A stretch of 64,000 nt of DNA from Raillietiella orientalis (Eukaryota), in contig JAYWIR010000011.1 of the NCBI GenBank assembly GCA_036172245.1, positions 3,906,001-3,970,000 of the forward strand, written 5' to 3'. Made by a program: the position numbers and the translations under genes. Shown piece by piece: positions 1-12,660 of the stretch (within the stretch, counting starts at the first letter, position 1; every line of letters begins with the position of its first letter). The notes below the pieces were generated by a model. That model was not told the DNA's origin. It made no database searches and worked only from the letters and a program-made list of their open reading frames with translations.

Positions 1-2350
1 GACCACACATGCGACTCATACAAGGCAGGTGGCAAGGCAAGGGCAAGTGGCAGCGGCCTAAACACTGCACCGTTCCTCACTGGGTTCATGGAATTACAGC
101 GCCGTTTCTCACCCGGTCTGTCATTCATCAGTTTCCCCTCGAGTCTCCACAGCAACATATTCTTCGTATCACCGCGAGCAACACTCATAGTGGTACAAGG
201 CACCACAAAGGTCTAGAAGCCTCATCAAGAGCTCTTTCAGCCAAGAGCAGCGTGGACGGTCTCTTGGCGGAAGCGCATAGGTTAAGGAAGCGTCAGCTAG
301 AACGGAATAGATGGATGCAGGGCGTTTCGCCACTGCCAAAGAATTCTGGTTCCATCACTTTAAGAAACATCTGCTCTTTGCCCGTGCAGAGAGGTAGAGG
401 GAGCATTAGGCAGGCCAAGAGGACTGAAGTGAAAAGAAAGCTCCCGGGTCCGCTAGCAGAATGGGAAGCGTCCCCAATGGGCAGCATCGTGGGTGCAAGT
501 GGTGCCTTCCTGTCTGGCGAAGGCACTGCTGCATTTTCGTGCATACAGCATGGAGTCCATCTCTTCACTTTCTGCTGTCTTGGGATGCCAAATCTGAACG
601 CTTCCTTACGCGGACGTCCAGCTGCAGCGAAAAGAGCGTCCTCTGTGCTGCATTGCCTGCGTCGGCGGCCCCCTCAGCCTCTTGGAAACCGTGCTCTGTT
701 CAAAGTTCGCCGTTTCCATAAAAAAATCCTTCATGTTTCCTCGCCGAGTGATAAGGAGAGGACCTCATCAGTTACCTCATCAGAGACCACGATCCCACCG
801 GAAGCCTTGATTCTCCCTGTCGGAGGTCCAGTCGACCGCTTTCCCGCTCGCACTAACGCCAGGAACTTTCCGGAGTCGATGCAGGATCGATCGGCAGGAG
901 AGGTAGCCATGGAAGCACAGGATTCGTGGCAGCGTGTTGCATTGGTTCTCCGCCTCGTGAGGTTGGTCTTGAGAAGTAACAGGAAATGAGGGAGAGCTTT
1001 GGACGAACGAGCTCCGTGCTTCGAGGGAATCCTGGAAAAATTCGATGATCAAACGTGGGAAGCGTCTCTCAGGGAACCCCGGATGTCTTCAGTAGCAGCT
1101 CTTGCGTTTTAAGCAGTTCTGGTGTCGAATCTGCATGCCTATTTGTTCCCCGCTCTCCGTTTGCAATTTGGACAAAGAGGCCCTTCTCTTCGCATGGTAG
1201 GAAAAAACACAACCACTGGCCAGGAAGAATCAGGAACTCTCCGCCATCTCCGCGATCGATCTGGAGCTTCTTCGTGAGCTCCTCCTGACGCGAATGTGGC
1301 TGCTAAAGGCAGTTTTAAGCTCGTGTTACCCCACCCCACCCCTTCCAATGGCCTATTTCTCTTTGGCCTTCCACTGGAGAATTCCGCGGGGGGAGAGCGT
1401 CTGGAAGGCAGCTTTGTTGGTCGCAGCCACCTCACGAGCTGCTGACTTGTCGACTTAGCTGTCGGAAGGAGCACGGCGCGGGGAGGAGACCCATCACGGA
1501 AAATCAGTCTCTCCTAATCTCTGACCAAGGAATACCAGCTTTGGCGCAGTCGACAGGGGGATCGCCAGAAAGCCAGGGACTTCAACAGCGACCAAGCGTT
1601 CAAACAACTCGGAAGGGAAGCAAAGGGTGGTGGCGTGCCTCAACATCCAACAAGGCTGAGAATCGCATCGGAAACCCCCCAAGATGGGCATGGAATCGGA
1701 TCGCGAATCCCTAAACGAATTCGTCGTTCCCCGAGTCCCAAGAAGTCAGAGTCCTGCTCTGGAGATTCTTTCTTATAAGCAGGCACTTCACTGGAGGTGA
1801 AGTGTGTGAAGAGACTGTCTTCGTCACGTGTTTCCCTCCCGCTGTCCTGCCGTCCCTTCCGGCGAATCCTCACTTCGCTGGAACAAGCGTTATGGAGCAC
1901 CAGATCTGGTGACAGCTTGAAATGCATCATGGGAATGGGCTGGTGAAATGTCGCAGCTTCCGACGTTTCCGGGCGACCAGTATAGAGTGACCATCGCTGA
2001 TGCGATCCAAGCTGCTGACGCTCTGACTGAGTGTGCGTCTGAGAAACCCCTCCCACGCTGCACACCCCTCGCGACCAAGTTTGTCATCATTCCTTGTGAA
2101 TGGGAGGGAAGGGAGGGAAGATGCTCGGTCTTAAAGCATCTACACAATCCGTGAATCCTGGTTCGCTGAGGCTGCAGCAACTGCTTGGCTCACTGAGTTG
2201 GAAGCAGTGGTGCATTTCGCTGTGGACCTCCAGCACCCGACGGACAGCTCCAGAGATGATCCCAAGCGCTACTACGTGAGGAGTGCAGTGCCCGCCTGCC
2301 GCTTCGAACGGGAAGAGATCGCAGCACTCGGCTGGACTCCGTAGCACATT
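1..2350 (-). mobile_element. Degenerate L1/Tx1-like LINE, 5' part (ORF1 gag-like with zinc knuckle, then start of ORF2 APE endonuclease)
   Basis: Minus strand ~2100-2155 reads GLCRCFKTEHLPS (decayed CCHC knuckle). At ~610-630 TGCAGCTGGACGTCCGCG is a frameshifted C-S-W-(N)-V-R APE start. Stops and frameshifts throughout. Confidence 0.55.
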
Positions 2351-2399
2351 TTTTAACTCGGTGACGTCATCAGTGGTCTGAGGGGGGGAAACTCCCTCT

Positions 2400-3100
2400 T
2401 TCAGGGATATTGGACGATGTTATTCACTTTCAGGGTTTCGGCATGCAATCTTTGAGGATACCAGGCGTCTGTCACTTCATCGTTGGGATCAAGAGGAACA
2501 AGAGGATGCTCCTGCAGCGTAGAAGGTGACCTGCCGTCATTCCGAGGTCCCACTGGTCCACTGAACCAATGGGACAGTGGGACAATAGAAAGCCTCTCGC
2601 CTAGAGAACGAGGCCACTCCCAAAGTCCTAGCTCAGCATCCTTGGGGATGCATGGAATCTTTGAAGAACCTCTGGGACAGAGTCAAGATCCCGTGCTTCC
2701 TGGTCGGTGCCTCAGCCCTCGTGCTCTTCGTTCTCCGCCATCTTGATCGACACTCCCCCGGAAGGGGGAACGCTCCTACGCCTCATCGTGGAGGGCGGCC
2801 AAGGAATACCCCCACTGCGGGACAGTAGAAATGCTTCTTTTGCACGTGCAGCCGGGAATGTGGGAGGCTGCTGGAGGGATGAGAGCGCACTGTATGGTCA
2901 CTCCGGTCGCATGCTGCTGCCACCCTCTCCAAGACCTGCTTAGACGGAGGTCCACTTCCCCGTGCACGCCGGTCGCCTCGCCGCTAGCGGTCTTCTGTCA
3001 CGAAGGCGACTCCAAACTGTGGGAAGAAGGGAGCGACCAACATCCTGGAAAGCCGTCTGCGATCGCTATCGCCTCTTTGGAAGTTGGACGCTCCCTGAAA
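2400..3100 (-). mobile_element. LINE ORF2 C-terminal fragment (family C)
   Basis: Clear inverted homology to 40250-40760. Minus frame HIPGCTCKRSISTVPQ resembles a decayed C-terminal zinc finger. Confidence 0.6.
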
Positions 3101-3469
3101 GAGCGGCAGCGCAGCTTGGAAGTTGGCGAAACCACCGTAGGGGTGCGTTGCACCCTACGTGAAGATTGAAAGCAGCCACAGGGCTTCGGGACGTAATGCG
3201 TAGGGCCCAATCCGGAAAGTGGGGTACGAGGAGGGAACCTCTGAACGCTTAGGAATCTGTGAGAGCACCACCATCACCGCCGCCAATCCATTGCGTTCTT
3301 TCCCTACCCTTGGGAATCGAGTGCAATACGGCGCAGCCGGTCCATCTCATTCCCTGATTATTCATTTACTTATTCACTGTCCCCCCTCCTTCCTAGTTTC
3401 GCCTTCTGCGAGGGAAGTCCCTTTGGGTTCTGGCCGGCGCATGACAACCCTTCTCTGCCCATGACCGTG

Positions 3470-4090
3470 TAATTTTATTTATTTATTTCAAGTAGGTGGT
3501 CCGGTAATCCGGGACGCGAAGATCCCCAGAGCGTCTATTTATGGGACAAAACAAACAAATAAATTGGAAACGCAGCTCCCAGAAACAACAAAGAGAATCT
3601 CAGAGGGAAGGTTCGCTGTCATGCAGGTCGGTCACTAGATCAGTCTGGAGCAAGAGGGCAGAGAACAATAAATAAATAAATAATAGGGAGGGTATCCTGG
3701 GCATGAGCCAGCTCTCTCCTTCCTAAAACCGGGACTGAATGCTGGCGATCTCCTTGGAGGCTTTTTCTTTTCAGGTGACCTTCGCTGCTCCGGAGACTTC
3801 AGCAAATGATGGAGCCATGACGATGGTGCGGACGCGCCAAGCGTGTCGTTGCGATAACGTCACCTGTTGGGAGTCTGCCGCTCGTGAAGAATCATCGCAA
3901 CAGGTCCTTCGCGGTATCCTTTGGTAGCAGGAGCTCTGAAACCAGTTTCCGCCTCAATCCCCGATGGACACCGCAGTGCAATAGGAAGGATTCGATCGTC
4001 CCGCACCTCAAACAGGTTAGGGACTCGTTTCCCGGGAAGGTGATGCCGATGCTGCTCGCTCTGGAAACCTCAGTGCAGAGGCAGCAGGTT
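3470..4090 (-). mobile_element. L1/Tx1-like LINE 3' end (family B) with C-terminal zinc finger and (TAAA)n tail
   Basis: Minus strand LTCLRCGTIES-FLLHCG at ~3965-4020. Homologous to 9400-9850. (TAAA)n-like tail at ~3472-3490. Confidence 0.65.
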
Positions 4091-4189
4091 TTTTTTGTAG
4101 ATGTAAAGTAGTAGTGGTGAGTTATGGGATTAGAAGTAGCTATTATAGGGTTTTAATACCAAATTAATGTTGGTTTTTAACATCCTAAT

Positions 4190-4900
4190 TTCATCGCAGC
4201 GGGAGCACCGTACTGTCAATACACAAGGAAGGGATACCAAGCAGTCGCTCTGCGGAAGCAGTCCCTTCGCCCAGATACGAGGAGTGCCAGCTCGCTCTCT
4301 GCGCAGCCGTCCAGGAGATTCGTAACTCCCGCAACGGTGCTCCCCTCGTGTAGCCTTTTGCCTTTGGAGTTGACCTTAGGGCAGGCAGAGTTCCTGCAAG
4401 GGGTGTTGCGTTTTGTCGAATCTTGGAGGGCATCTTTTGGAGAGCTGCGCAGGAGAGTTTGCGGAAGACGAAGTGCTTCTGGGGAAGCATTTCGTCAGCC
4501 CAGCTTTTCGTCGTCCGGTATCCCAGCTCGCGTGGTGGCAAGAGATTCAAAAATTGGCCAGTTGCCTCAATGAGAAGCCGAATCCTCGCATTGGGCGTGG
4601 CATCAACGAGAGAAGACCTTCGCTGCCAGTGCCACGCCGAAGAATGAATCGTCCCACTCCACCACAGGGTCCGCAGTTCGACGCGCGGCGCTACTTTTCA
4701 GGGCTGCAGCCGCAGCATTATCTCTTTCCCAGCATCAGGATGATCAAGCCAGCATCCTCCAGCGGCACAGTTCCGGTAGAAAGCTGAGCCGAGATGGGAC
4801 AGAAAGACAAACCATTTCCACGGTGACCTCTTCCTTCAGGATCGCGACATGGCAGCCTCACTTCGGACGACAAACGGAGGAACTTGCAAGCTACCTTGAC
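4190..4900 (-). mobile_element. Probable decayed APE endonuclease fragment of a LINE
   Basis: Weak remnants (VACKFLR, EIMLRLQP, WWSG) in the order of the APE N-terminal motifs. Confidence 0.3.
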
Positions 4901-7639
4901 AGTGAAGAGGGGACGCAGCGAAGACACTTGTGAACACATATATCAACGACAATATATCTGTTTCTTTTCCTTTCCCCTCTCCACGCCGTTTTTCCGATTG
5001 TGGACCTGACCGGATAGCTTTCCTCCTTTTGCCTCTGGTTGTTTGGAACTCGTGGCACCGAGTCCTTTCTATTCTGCGTGTTCCTTGTGCGTTTCTATAA
5101 ACGCCCCTGAGTCACCGGAAGGTCCGAATGTCGTCCATGGAGTGGAAAAAATCCGGTCGCGCGGTGATGTTTCGTGCGCGGGACTTGGCCTTCCGTCGGT
5201 CTGGGTGCCCTGGGGCGGAAGCCACGCTTCATCGAGCTGGAATTGTCCGCCGAATGGAGATAACTCTCCTCCTCGATCAACCTTGCTTGCTTTTTGCAGC
5301 AGTCTGTGTCTCCTTGGCACCGATCACGAGCCGCTCGCTGCTCGTTCCTCCGAACTTTCCTCCGGTGAATCCTCGACACGTGAACTTTCTAATTTTCATC
5401 CGCCGGAGTTGTCTTTTTTAACCTTTTCTTCGTTGCGGAACTCGCCACCCTCCTGGGTAAACTCTGCGGTTTCGAGCCAGAAGTTCGGAAGGGTTCAGAG
5501 GTTCAGAGATCAATGACGACTGTATATCTCGAGGCTGCCGGCCTCATCTGACAAACTGAGGGCCGACTGGTGGCCGGTCACCTCATTCGCGCTCACCAGC
5601 TGGAAGCATCATCCGTTCAGCTTCCCTCTGCTGTTAGTCACAAAAAGCAAGTCGTCCTCAAGGAAACTCTGCAAGAGTGCTTCACCCGTAGGTCCATTGT
5701 TGCGTTTGTGCAGCTTCCGTTACTCTTGGTAACGCGAAGGGATCGGTTGCAAAGAAGGGGCAGCAAGAAGCGCGCGCAACCATGAGAAAAGCCCCACTGA
5801 GACTGAAAGAACGGATGCCTTGTTCACGTGACTCTGAGGGCGAGAGCTACTGGGGTCAGGAGCCGCGCGCCGGCGGGGGTGGGGTTCCCAGCACCCAAAA
5901 TAGAATTGGCGCGTTTCCCTTCTTGTTTTTTGGGGAATGGGGAGTCCATCTCCGTCGTCCAGGAAGGTGCTTAGTGAGGCTCTCACACCCTCAAGCATGA
6001 GCTTCAGTACGCGTCCTTGCTGGTCTTTCCTTTCGATCTCTTCTACCTTCCAATTTGTCCGTTCACCCCACTCACCAATGAAACTGCAGCCATGGAGTGA
6101 GGAAGGCGTCCTGGAACCGGTTGGAGAGGACAACAGGGGTCTCTCCTTTTATCTCGCAGAGTAGAAAAGCGGGGAGAACTAAGGGAGTTTCGTAGAATGG
6201 AGATACTTGACAGGGAGTTTTCTGGGATTGCGAGAACCCCTTCCTCTGGCACGGCAGTGGACACCACCGTCAGCGTTTCGCTCCCTCCCGCCGCTGCCAT
6301 AGAGCAGTCAGCATTTTGGAGCGTCCCTCCGGGTGCGAAGGGAATGTTAGGAGAGCAAAGGAGGAAGGTCTGACCATCCCTCCCGAAGGAGCGCAGCCAT
6401 GATCCTCACCATCGATTTTCAGATAAGGTGGGGAGAGAGAGAGAGAGCTGCGGATGCTGGAGACACTTTGACGAGAAATGAGCGCTAGAAGGAAATTAAC
6501 CCCCCGAGATATCAGCAGCTGAGGCTTGCTTTTCCGCCAGACCGATTCTCTGCCCTTGTCCCAGGTGACCGCGTGCATGGCGGTCTGCCCTTCCTTCCAT
6601 TCTTCTTCCCTGCGAGCGCATCTTCACCCGGCTGCGCCCCGGGGCGAGCTGAGTTCCTGGAAATCCCTCAGAAGGAAAAGTCCGAGAATTCCTTCCAGGA
6701 AGGGAACAAAAAACCAAAAGCAAAAAAAAAATTGGGGGGAGAGAAGGAATCCGGATGCGGGGCCTAAGTGCCAAGGAGTTCCTGAACCACACGTGGACTT
6801 TACTGCAGTCTCGTCTGCGGCAGCCCTGACAACGACTCAAGGCGGCCGCAGCAGGAGGTGTCGGTAAGATCCTCATTACCGAGGGAACCGTTCCATGCGT
6901 CTCTCGTCGCAGCCGCGCGTCCGGGATGCACGCGGACAAAGCAAGAGGACGCGATCACCACGGCCGTGCCTCCCGACTTTTCCTGCCCTTCTCTTCGCGA
7001 GAAAGGCCGGACCAGAAAAGTCCTCCGGAACTCCATGTGGAGGCATTGGCGCGTTTGCCAGACACCCCCTGCCCGTTCACCCACCACCTGGGGAGCGAGC
7101 AGACTTTGGGAGGTACGGCGGCAAGGATCGGATTCCTCCTCCTCCGCGCTTCCGTACGACCACAGTGGACACCTGATAATCGAATGTCCAGGCACTCCAT
7201 ATGTGGCTCCTCATGCTACAGCAGACCAGCTGGAATTTCCTTTCAGCTGATTTCACGCGTTGTCCTCGGACCACCACGAGCGCTCTTATCATCCAAAACA
7301 CTTTCCGGAATCCTCCCCTGACTAACTTTTCATGCCCAAGTGGTTAACAGAGCGGAAACCGGAGCAAAGGACCCACGCGCCTACGTGGTCGCTCGTTCCG
7401 CACCTGCTCGAGGATTGCGAAGAATCTCGAAGCCATAGCCTCAGTCTGAGTTTTTCGACTTTTCCAGGTTTGGCTCTGTCTTCGGCTTTCCGTAAAGTAT
7501 TTCCCGTCTTTTTCCCTTTTTCCCACTCAAGATGGGAAGGCCACTTCCCGAGGTCAACATTTGCAAGCCCACTTTTTCACGTCCGTGAGAATTCCACGTT
7601 CAGGTGCCGCGGAGGATGCGGAAGGCATGGAAACTTGTA

Positions 7640-8110
7640 GCCCCCGGAGCTGGTAGCCTTCAGACAAACCAACACTGGGATCCAACCTCGGAATCCTTGC
7701 CAGGCATGGCGCTGCTCGAGGTCGAGAATCACGTCATGGGAGTCTCGGCGCCGCCCTTGAGATGGCGCCGAGATGGTGCTGGGATAAGCGCGAGCAGACG
7801 GGAAATGTTCACATTGTACAAGTGCGCTCCAGCTCCGGGGAGATCGATAAAGATACCGCCCCTGAGAACCCAGGACTTGAGGAACGCATGAGGCACTGAG
7901 AGAATTCTCGATCTCCCGCGCAAAGCAGAGGATGGCACGGCGACGGCAATCGGTGTGTGAGGCCCACTCCGTGGAACACGAAGCCAGAAGGAGCGGCGTT
8001 CTCGGAGACCAGGGATGCAGCAGCGTCGCTCGGTCTGCTGGGTGGTCATGTGGTGGACATGATGGGGAATTCTCACGGTTGTACAATCCCGGCTCCACAC
8101 AGCTCGTGCG
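7640..8110 (-). mobile_element. LINE 3' ORF2 fragment (family B-like)
   Basis: 7720-7830 resembles 3790-3880 in the same orientation. Decayed Cys/His motif CSTEWASHTDC on the minus strand. Confidence 0.4.
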
Positions 8111-8774
8111 CGATGCCTGAAGGATGCAAAAAGAGGGACGTGGAAGCGGATATCAACGGTCCCTGGGGTGGTCCCTTTGTTGCACTTTCATCTGGCTAGC
8201 AAAGGCAAGAAAAGATTGTCATCTTGTGACATTGGATGCTGCCTGTCCCTCTGAAAATGGGGAATTTGCACTCAGGATAGCTGGAGAAGAGGAGGAATCC
8301 AACTGCTTGCAAATAGGGCAGTGGCTTGCAGTAAGAGGACCTCAAGTGGAAATTTTCGCTCTCTTTAGGGTGTCCGGATCCTAGGAACTGACATAGCTCT
8401 CATGGAGTTGGGAGTTTCATCACGGTGTACGGAAAAGACTCAAATCTCCGATTCAGCCGTGATATATATACATATTGGACCCACTGGCTTGAGCATTCTC
8501 CGGAGGGTGCCATCTTCTCACTTCCGGGGCTGGAAGCTACGCAGCATGCTCAGCAGTCGGAGATGAAAGATGAGCTGCTGTTTGGAATGCTCAAATAAAT
8601 AGATCTATGATGATCATTAAAACCATGACGAAAAGAGCAGAATATCATCCTGGGCCATTTTGTTTATCTGCTGAACTTTTTGTAGACCTTTTTACCAAAT
8701 AAATCCCGGATGGAATCCTAAAGGTGCAGTTCTGTGGAGAAAAGACCAAGCGAGTATGGGGTTACTGAATTCTT

Positions 8775-8813
8775 TTACCGCCACCCCCTGCAGCCTGCAG
8801 GGGGTGGCGGTAA
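8775..8813. repeat. Perfect 39-bp palindrome (19-bp arms, 1-nt spacer)
   Basis: TTACCGCCACCCCCTGCAG-C-CTGCAGGGGGTGGCGGTAA read directly. Confidence 0.95.
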
Positions 8814-8929
8814 GACATTGGGTTATGGAATCGGTCTTCTGCTAGAGTGATGGAGTATACCAGTAATCGTATGAAGTGACGGAGGCCGATGACAGGGTTT
8901 ATAGGATTAAGTGCAGTAGGTAAGTGCTC

Positions 8930-9220
8930 TTAAGGCCGGACTGAGCGCTGAAGAAAAGAAATCGGATAATGGTGCTGGACATCTGCTGCCCTTTCAAGAA
9001 TGAAAAAGAGACATTTAGCGCAGCTAGGAGGAACAAGCAGGAAAAACATAAGTTTCCCTTCAGCTAGTCAGAGAGGAGAAACAGTGCAGAGTGCACACTC
9101 TCGTCGTTGGCTTATTAGGAGCCTGGGACCCAGGTGACGAAGAAGTGCTGCAGGATCTTGGAATTCCTAAGAAGCACTCGGAGATGTTTGAACCCAGTTG
9201 CGCCAGGTCGTTTATTATAA
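8930..9220 (+). mobile_element. R2-group (NeSL/Utopia-like) non-LTR retrotransposon 3' end, restriction-like endonuclease pseudogene
   Basis: Translates LRPD*ALKKRNRIMVLDICCPFKNEKETFSAARRNKQEK ... HTLVVGLLGAWDPGDEEVLQDLGIP, i.e. the RPD..D..CPF(E)N..AR..K..K and VGxLGxW..LGI motifs of the RLE domain. Confidence 0.8.
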
Positions 9221-9399
9221 AACAGGAACAAAATAAACTACAAGGAAAAGGGGAAGAAGGGTATACCCTCAGAAACAGGAAACGACAAAAGAAAAGTTCA
9301 TTCGGGATAACCACCGGCGCACAAGCCGGCTTCCAAAACTAGGGAACGGAGGGAGGAGACGATAAATAGATAAAAAAAAAAAAGGAGTGTGGGGACAAG

Positions 9400-9850
9400 G
9401 GTCTTTGATATGTAACATTCCTTAGTTCTCAGAAGCGACTGTGGATGGTGGTGATCTCCCTGGAGACTTCTGGCAGATGAGGCCACCTTGCTGCTGCCCT
9501 TATGAAGCTGCTGCCATGCTGGTGACTTCTCTTCTCCATGAACTTGATTCCAACACATGGCAGACTGTCACTATGGTGCGGATTCAAGCGACTGTTGCGG
9601 TCACAGTGCCATTTTTCAGTCTGCTTCCTGTGAAAAATCGCTGCAGCAAATCTGTTGCAGTGTCCTGCAGTCTACGGAGTGTGGCAGCAGTCTCCGCCAC
9701 ATGTCCAACAGGAGGTGCGGGAATGATTCCATTGTCCCGCACCTCAAACAGTTCGGGGAGGCAACTTCCTCCGAAGCCAGGTGTCTGCGATAATTGCACT
9801 GGAATCCCTAGTGCAGAAACAGCAGAGCATCTTGTTTCCACCAGAGCAGC
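9400..9850 (-). mobile_element. L1/Tx1-like LINE 3' ORF2 fragment (family B)
   Basis: Minus strand PNCLRCGTMESFPHLLLD (zf-RVT-like finger) at ~9700-9755. Homologous to 3900-4090. Confidence 0.7.
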
Positions 9851-10139
9851 AACATAAAGGTGAGTTGACCGGAGAGGATGAAGCACCGGATGGTGGCTTC
9901 GTGCGTCCGGCACTCCAGAGGCATCTTTGTAGTCTACATCACACGAGGGACCGAGAATCAGATACATCTAGAGAGCCCCAGCGGTCATCTCTCTTACGAG
10001 ACGGAGAAGAAGAAGCTGAGGATTCAGCAGGCTGAGAGGCAACGAGCACAGATAAGGAATGGACAGATAAGGAATCCCGGAAGAATGTCAAGAGCCTCCC
10101 TCCTGTAACGCGATATAAAATTGTGAATTAAAGCAATAA

Positions 10140-10780
10140 AACTTCCCTAGCATGGATGGAATCAGAGAGTCACCAATAGGGAGCTTACGAGCCCCATCAG
10201 GGTAACCTTGCAATGCCATACAATGACTTGCAGCCATTCACACCGAAAGAGAAGATATTTTGCAGATATTTTGAAAAGCGTCACATTATAGACCGAAGAC
10301 TCGGACAGTAAGGGAGCAGCAGCCGGATGATAGCTTGAACAGCAGTTTTCAACTGTTTCAACCTAGCTGTGAAACAAAAAGCGTTTCCTAGATGCGGTCC
10401 TCCGTCATCATTCGAGTAGCTTCCTGTGATTTCCCCATCGAACGCCATTTCGTTTTCCGGAGCTTTGATTGCCGCGAGGTCATTGTTGCCATGGTTTCTC
10501 GTGTCCAAATCTTTGCGGACCTTCGATGTTTTCCGCAGAGATCTGGTAAGCTGGGGTTCTTCGATATCTTGCCCTGGCTCTGCAATTTGACACACTCTCC
10601 AGCTTCCGCTTGAAACGATGCAATGTGCCGGCGTTCAAGGTAGCTCTGACGTAAGTCTTCACCGTGGAAGACCGGATAGTGGGTGATATGCCTCGGTCCA
10701 GAGATCTTAGCTGCATGCGAGACGATCCATCGTAGCCATAATTTTTCCCTGAGATGACCTTCGCTGTACATGAGAGCTCA
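10140..10780 (-). mobile_element. I/Jockey-like reverse transcriptase fragment
   Basis: KISGPRHI (KAPGPDGI-like), EPGQDIEEP..YQIS (KPGKD..SYRPISL-like) and TAVQAIIRL in RT order. Confidence 0.55.
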
Positions 10781-11479
10781 GGACATTGGTCTTGAAGCGG
10801 TAAGAGTGCTCAGGAAGCATGGGAAAATCGCCGGTCGCACTCGCCATTTTATCAACCCATCTCACCATAGTGTCACTCCCAGGTGGCCTGCGGTATCAAA
10901 AGGATGTCAGAGAAATAGAACTGAATCTGAGTTTTCAAACCAGTGAAATCAGATGGGAACCAGTTTTTGCAGATTATCGCAGGCCAGCAGTGGTCCAGGC
11001 CTAGGGAAAGAACACCTCCATAGCTCATTCATCAAGGAAACCGATGAATCAGATAAACGAAAAAAGGCGACAGTGAGCAGATTTTCTGGAGCGACACGAG
11101 ACGGCACGCTAATCTGAAGATGTGCATCAAGCTGCGTTTTGCATCTTGTGTCCAGGTACCGCAGCTGGGAGGGTGGATTTTGTTGTCACGCTAATTAGAA
11201 AAACAGAGAAAGCCCTCCGGCTTGTAGCCAAGGAAAAAAAGAAGCGCTTCTCCCCAGTAAGGCATTCGTACAGCCTAATTGTACATGAGAAAACCGTAGC
11301 TACAATGGATAACAGAGCGTGTATTACGGACCTGTTCCTTCAATCCTTATTTATGGTGAGAGGCGACTGTGATTATCGCAAGAATTCAGCTAAAAAAAAA
11401 GCAAATTCCTCATTGGTATTCAGCACTGAAAACCAGTTTTCTTTCAAAAAAAAAAGAAAAGAAAAGGCGTGTGAGGATG

Positions 11480-11950
11480 AAAAAGAAATCCTCTGATTTA
11501 TTCGGACGCAGGGATCTTATGGAGCAAAAGTTTACCATTGGCTTAACAGCAAGGATACGCCTGATAAGGAATGATGTATGTGAGGAAGTTTTGATCCTGT
11601 TCTCTTACTGTTCGGGGATCCTCAGCAACCCTGAAGGAGGAGTGAGTCATCAGCATCATCTTAGGATGATTGCCTTGCTCGGGATGGATAGCATCAGTGG
11701 TTCGAAGTGGAGCTCGAGTCGGATGCTGGAGAGCGGCACATGCCCGGTAAAATGCCACATGCGAAGAGGCAGGCTCCTTCCGAAAGCTTCTCTGGAGACG
11801 GGAGCAGGAACCAGCAGTGGCTTTGCCGCAGTCGATCCCTCAAGCAAAACAGGAAGACAATTCCCGAGCTCGGCGCATTCCCCCGCCTAACGTCCAGAAT
11901 TTTCACTCCGTGCGCACGCCTGGCTGTCCATCCGGTCCGTTCTTCCTCTA
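11480..11950 (-). mobile_element. APE endonuclease fragment of a LINE
   Basis: DPRTVREQDQNFLTYI resembles the YAP...R..FF..L segment of L1/Tx1 APE. Confidence 0.4.
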
Positions 11951-12049
11951 ACTTTGAAAACATCCAAAGTCCACCCACCTTACGAAGACGTCGGGATGCC
12001 CTTCAGAAGGCAAGAGCAGGTGGGCGGGAAGCGGGAAAATACTGCCAGT

Positions 12050-12660
12050 CCCTGCCATGTGTGGATGACGGAGATCCTTTTACACTTTCCTGTTTCGCTG
12101 TTTTCCTTCCAGTTTTTTTTTCTTTGGTTCTCAAGGAGTTCGTCTCCAAAGCTCGCTGTAGCAACGGATCATTTCAGTTTTTTTGAAAGATCAGTAGCGA
12201 CCTCAACGACAGATCGTTGCCAGTGGCCTGGGATGAGGGAAATCCTTTCGAGGTTCTTCTGTTTCTCAGCTTTCCCTCCAGTTTCTTTTTTTCTGTGGTT
12301 CGGTAAGTGCTTAAGAACCGTTCGTATCCTCAGAGGAGGTTCGCGGAGCTCTTTGACGCGTCCACGTTACTCGAGGGTGCGTGTAACTTTTCCAGTTAAG
12401 AATTCACCCCGAAGGGACTATCCTATGAATCCAGGAAGGCTTCGGAGGAAGGATTTCGTTTTTCTTACTCTTGGGAGCTAACTCCGAACGGAACCTCTTG
12501 CTTGTTCTCTCCGGAGGGCGACCACTCCTCATTTCTTCTCCGGTGGGAACCCGGAAAAGATCTGCTCATGGAATTCCTTCCCCAGAGGGCACCCGCAAGG
12601 GAACCTCTCCTTGTTTTCACTCCTCTGAGGAGAACCCCTTGGGATTCACGGGGTCCAGGA
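12050..12660 (-). mobile_element. tRNA-derived SINE copy S1 (headless, with a duplicated tail segment at ~12050-12135)
   Basis: Inverted homology to 14580-15020, including an identical 37-mer (12231-12267 / 14897-14933). Confidence 0.8.

Noticed and set aside
9..989. 326-aa plus-strand ORF as a gene
   Set aside because: Ser/Arg-rich with no recognisable domain. It lies antisense to a decayed LINE ORF1/APE junction.
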